A DNA stretch of 9,276 bases from positions 1-9,276 of the IMG/VR virus record IMGVR_UViG_2737471845_000024. One strand, given 5' to 3'. Positions 6,375 to 9,276 of this stretch are shown piece after piece (the first letter of the stretch is position 1; each line of letters opens with the position of its first letter). Origin of the DNA: a virus. Taxonomy: Duplodnaviria > Heunggongvirae > Uroviricota > Caudoviricetes. The notes under the pieces are model-generated. The model saw nothing but the letters and a program-made list of their open reading frames with translations, made no database searches and was not told the origin of the DNA. Both the position numbers and the translations under genes were made by a program.

Positions 6375-9276
6375 CTATTTTAAATCAGCCTTTGCGGCTC
6401 GAATATCTGCGTTTTTTGCTGAGTATTCCCATTCGTCAGCGATTCTAAATAGCATTGCAGAAGTACGGACGCAGTGGGGCATTGAATTTGCCCATTCTCG
6501 GTACTGCTCAGCTAATATCCTTTCTTGGTTTCCACCTTCGTAACGCATACGAGCAAATACCCCCCTTTTATTGTACCTACCAATTTGTATACCTTGCTCT
6601 AACTCATCAGAAGATAATATTTCAATGATGTGCCGAATTGCTTCATGTGGCCAGGAATTATCTACTGAGCTATTAGGGGCATGTGCCAGAATTTTTCCTA
6701 TTACATGATCAGTGATTTCTTGGCGATGATGCAATTTTGCTAAATGGCGTACATTCTCACACCAATCTTCAAGTTTATCTTGATCAATTTCATTGTCTAT
6801 CTGCCCTGGTAGTATTCGTAATTTTTCAAGTAATCTGTATATAGAAGTAGCTCTTTTAACTTCCAACTCCGATGGTTCTGTTTGTTCATCTTCGTCACTA
6901 CGATATACAATACATATTGCTTCTATAAAAACCTCTGGCTTTTTCATCATTAGACGATGCAGGATAAGTGGCTCATCGCTATCCGGAAAACAAGGCAAGT
7001 AGGTCATTTCTTTAAATGCCAAATCTGTTTCAGAAACATCGTTACGTTGTTTGAGTTCATCAAAAACTTTTTTTACATAGTACGATAGCATTGTATCAAA
7101 TTGGATATCCTGGCTATTTATTTCTTTAACGACTATATCTAGAAGATATAAAAGTGTTGTAGATGGAATCTCAGAAAGGCGTTGATTTGCTGATATAATA
7201 GCAGCAAGACCCCGGCCCCTTTCTATATATTTATCCATAAGAACAAATAAATCCGAAGTTTTACCCATCATTGCAATGGGTTGTTTTTGCAACCAATATT
7301 TTTCGTTGATGTTATCTTCAAACCCTTCAATAATGCTCCATATCTCTTGTGAGTCTCTTAACGATGCTAAGATTTTCCCAGCCCTATCAGGGGTAATTTT
7401 AAACTGTTTAAAATACACTTTTATTTTATTAAGCCATTCAGCACCAAAGCATTCAACACCATATTGCATTAACAACCCACAAACTTCATCAATATTTTTT
7501 TTGTTGTTAATAAGCATTACAAACAAATCATTTAATTTTTCTTCATCCAACGAGAGTGCTGATATATGCCTTGCTGCAATAAAAACATTATTAACTTGTT
7601 GAAAAAGGTCTTTCACCCCAGACAAACCTAAAGTAAAGTATATTTCCCTAAGTTTTTCACTTCGCATTTCTGCGACAGAAGAAAAAATTCCGCCAGCATT
7701 TTCAATTGACTCTTCAATATCAGAATCCCAATCATTGAAAATCCATAAACTGGCTCTAACCATGTCAATTGGTTTATAATTATCAAGTATTTTCGCTATT
7801 TTTTCCATAGACTCAAATTTAAATGCCCAGTTCGCATCTGAATATTTTTTATGGCGAGAATACTCATGACGCAAAGCCTCCCATACGATGAACTGATCCT
7901 CTTCAGTTTGTTGAGAAAGGCAAAGTTCAAGATGAGAAAGTGTTTCATCTATTGCATTCTCAGGGAATGAGCTTAAATGAGAGATTAGGATTTCCCATCT
8001 TGTTGGGAGTATACCTGCAAGTTTAATTGCTTCTTGGATAATAAAGATTTGCCCCTCCCAAACAACGCCCCACGTTAGTTTTTCTACATCTTTATCCGAC
8101 TCTCTGAACTTCATTTTTTGGTTTTGATCAGAGGTATCATGGGAGCGAGGAAGGAGATTTTGTAACAAACTCCACCCAATACTAGGAACAATAGTGATAA
8201 TTTTTTTTATAATTGCATTTCTAACTTTTACTGGTGCCCATGTATTAGGAGACCATGCCAGAAAAATGGTTCTTAAACTATTAAGAGGGCGATCTGAGTA
8301 AGTTCCTCCGGGATCTATTACAGCGAGTTTTGCAAGACAGATTGCAGCGCGTAATAGATATGTTTGTTCCCAAGCCAAGGCTTCCAATGCCCATTTTAAT
8401 CCATGATAATGACTTCGAGGAGTTAACAGCCCTTTATCTTCATTGAATATTGGAGCAATCATTTCCCCATTGCCCTTAAGCAATTGCTCAAGGGCATCAA
8501 GGAAAGGGCCAGGGGCAGCTTCTGCCAGCAGCGGAAGTTGATCTCGCAAACTAACAAATAGTCGATGGTCGTTAGCAAGTCCCGGAATACTCTGAACTAT
8601 TTTGTTAACAAAATCTTGGGGTGTCATACCAGTAACCCGGAATTCGGCCTGTTCATGTAATATTGCCATATGTAGCAAAACTGTTGTCATTCCATTACGT
8701 AACCACGAGCTATAAGACGTTTTAATACCATTGTCAGGTACAAACAGATCTTCGGCCTTTGGTGGTTCAGGAATATAGGAAAAAACCTCTCTTACGGCCT
8801 TCTCAAAACGCTCCAGGTGTTCTTCACCCAGCAAATAGCCTAAATGTACAAAAGCATCTACCGACGAACGCAATGACCAAATATCATCTACTCGGTCAAT
8901 TGGAGAATCGCGGCGCTTTGTTAATAGCCTTAATGGATTTTCAACTTGAGAATAGTCTGTATAGCCAGCTAGTTGCTTGAGAATTAACTTATCTTTCTCT
9001 GAACATGTACTCCATGCACCAGCTAATAAAGCAGGGAGCAACTCAGGGCTGTCTTTCCATTCAGGTGATTCAGCCGTGCTACTTGATATCTGGCGAGCCA
9101 AAACAGACAAACTTCGGCCACACTGCCGCGCTATTTGATAACTTTTATCTGAATCAAACCCCATAGATTCAAGAGCCTTACCTAAAGATATACTATCTGG
9201 GCGGATCAGAAGTTCGTGATCAGTTCGTGTTTCATCGGCTCCGGCACTTACTACTGTGTGAAGTGGTTTACTGAAT
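6375..9276 (-). CDS. large uncharacterized protein (>966 aa visible, N-terminus beyond right window edge); predicted mostly alpha-helical; candidate cargo/defence protein
   Basis: The reverse-strand frame is open from the window edge to TAG at 6375-6377. The ORF-track start (Met at 9164) is internal: the 37 codons upstream (9165-9275) are open in the same frame (...FSKPLHTVVSAGADETRTDHELLIRPDSISLGKALES-MGFDSD...). No P-loop, helicase, nuclease or methyltransferase signature was recognised by eye. Base composition is heterogeneous (see findings). Confidence 0.88.
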   Translation of the reverse strand, partial: FSKPLHTVVSAGADETRTDHELLIRPDSISLGKALESMGFDSDKSYQIARQCGRSLSVLARQISSSTAESPEWKDSPELLPALLAGAWSTCSEKDKLILKQLAGYTDYSQVENPLRLLTKRRDSPIDRVDDIWSLRSSVDAFVHLGYLLGEEHLERFEKAVREVFSYIPEPPKAEDLFVPDNGIKTSYSSWLRNGMTTVLLHMAILHEQAEFRVTGMTPQDFVNKIVQSIPGLANDHRLFVSLRDQLPLLAEAAPGPFLDALEQLLKGNGEMIAPIFNEDKGLLTPRSHYHGLKWALEALAWEQTYLLRAAICLAKLAVIDPGGTYSDRPLNSLRTIFLAWSPNTWAPVKVRNAIIKKIITIVPSIGWSLLQNLLPRSHDTSDQNQKMKFRESDKDVEKLTWGVVWEGQIFIIQEAIKLAGILPTRWEILISHLSSFPENAIDETLSHLELCLSQQTEEDQFIVWEALRHEYSRHKKYSDANWAFKFESMEKIAKILDNYKPIDMVRASLWIFNDWDSDIEESIENAGGIFSSVAEMRSEKLREIYFTLGLSGVKDLFQQVNNVFIAARHISALSLDEEKLNDLFVMLINNKKNIDEVCGLLMQYGVECFGAEWLNKIKVYFKQFKITPDRAGKILASLRDSQEIWSIIEGFEDNINEKYWLQKQPIAMMGKTSDLFVLMDKYIERGRGLAAIISANQRLSEIPSTTLLYLLDIVVKEINSQDIQFDTMLSYYVKKVFDELKQRNDVSETDLAFKEMTYLPCFPDSDEPLILHRLMMKKPEVFIEAICIVYRSDEDEQTEPSELEVKRATSIYRLLEKLRILPGQIDNEIDQDKLEDWCENVRHLAKLHHRQEITDHVIGKILAHAPNSSVDNSWPHEAIRHIIEILSSDELEQGIQIGRYNKRGVFARMRYEGGNQERILAEQYREWANSMPHCVRTSAMLFRIADEWEYSAKNADIRAAKADLK

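Larger units (their letters stand above)
4758..9276. mobile_element. left end of a P4/CP4-57-like integrative element (continues beyond the right window edge)
   Basis: The ssrA 3'-end core is followed within ~200 bp by an IntA-type integrase, then an AT-rich cargo gene on the opposite strand. The other P4-like genes (psu, delta, sid, alpha) would lie outside the window and are unverified. Confidence 0.6.

Noticed and set aside
7257-7271. P-loop (Walker A) in the large ORF at ...IAMMGKTSD...
   Set aside because: The GKT is not preceded by the required Gly at -5 (G-x4-GK[ST]); the sequence is P-I-A-M-M-G-K-T. No Walker B partner was seen either.
6343-7602. Plus-strand ORFs 6343..6543, 6793..7002 and 7276..7602 overlapping the large reverse ORF
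   Set aside because: They overlap the long continuous reverse-strand frame, and 6343 begins inside the terminator T-tract; no RBS evidence.
8759-8980. 73-aa plus-strand ORF inside the large reverse ORF
   Set aside because: Nested antisense ORF; the reverse frame is continuous across it.
1-9276. CRISPR array, rRNA or intact tRNA genes
   Set aside because: No regularly spaced direct repeats with unique spacers, no rRNA-like conserved stretches and no complete cloverleaf; only the tmRNA 3' fragment at 4758-4789.

Overview
This window is the junction of two different integrative elements stacked at a tmRNA (ssrA) 3'-end attachment site, in an Enterobacteriaceae-like genome. The left ~4.8 kb is the integrase-proximal end of a lambdoid prophage: a partial upstream gene, a YfdR-like HD phosphohydrolase, an AT-rich 4-TM membrane moron, an Xis-like gene overlapping a lambda-type tyrosine integrase, and a convergent, translationally coupled two-gene cargo operon. 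It ends at a 32-nt copy of the ssrA 3' end (one mismatch, no full tmRNA upstream) followed by an intrinsic terminator. The right ~4.5 kb starts a P4/CP4-57-like element: an IntA-type integrase, a bidirectional terminator, then a very large reverse-strand ORF (>966 aa, N-terminus beyond the window edge) with no recognisable catalytic motif and a sharp internal base-composition break. That ORF is the strongest candidate for an undescribed, possibly anti-phage, cargo system; the two-gene operon is the second. No rRNA, intact tRNA or CRISPR array was seen. All assignments come from reading translations and motifs by eye and from memory of known families; no database search was possible.
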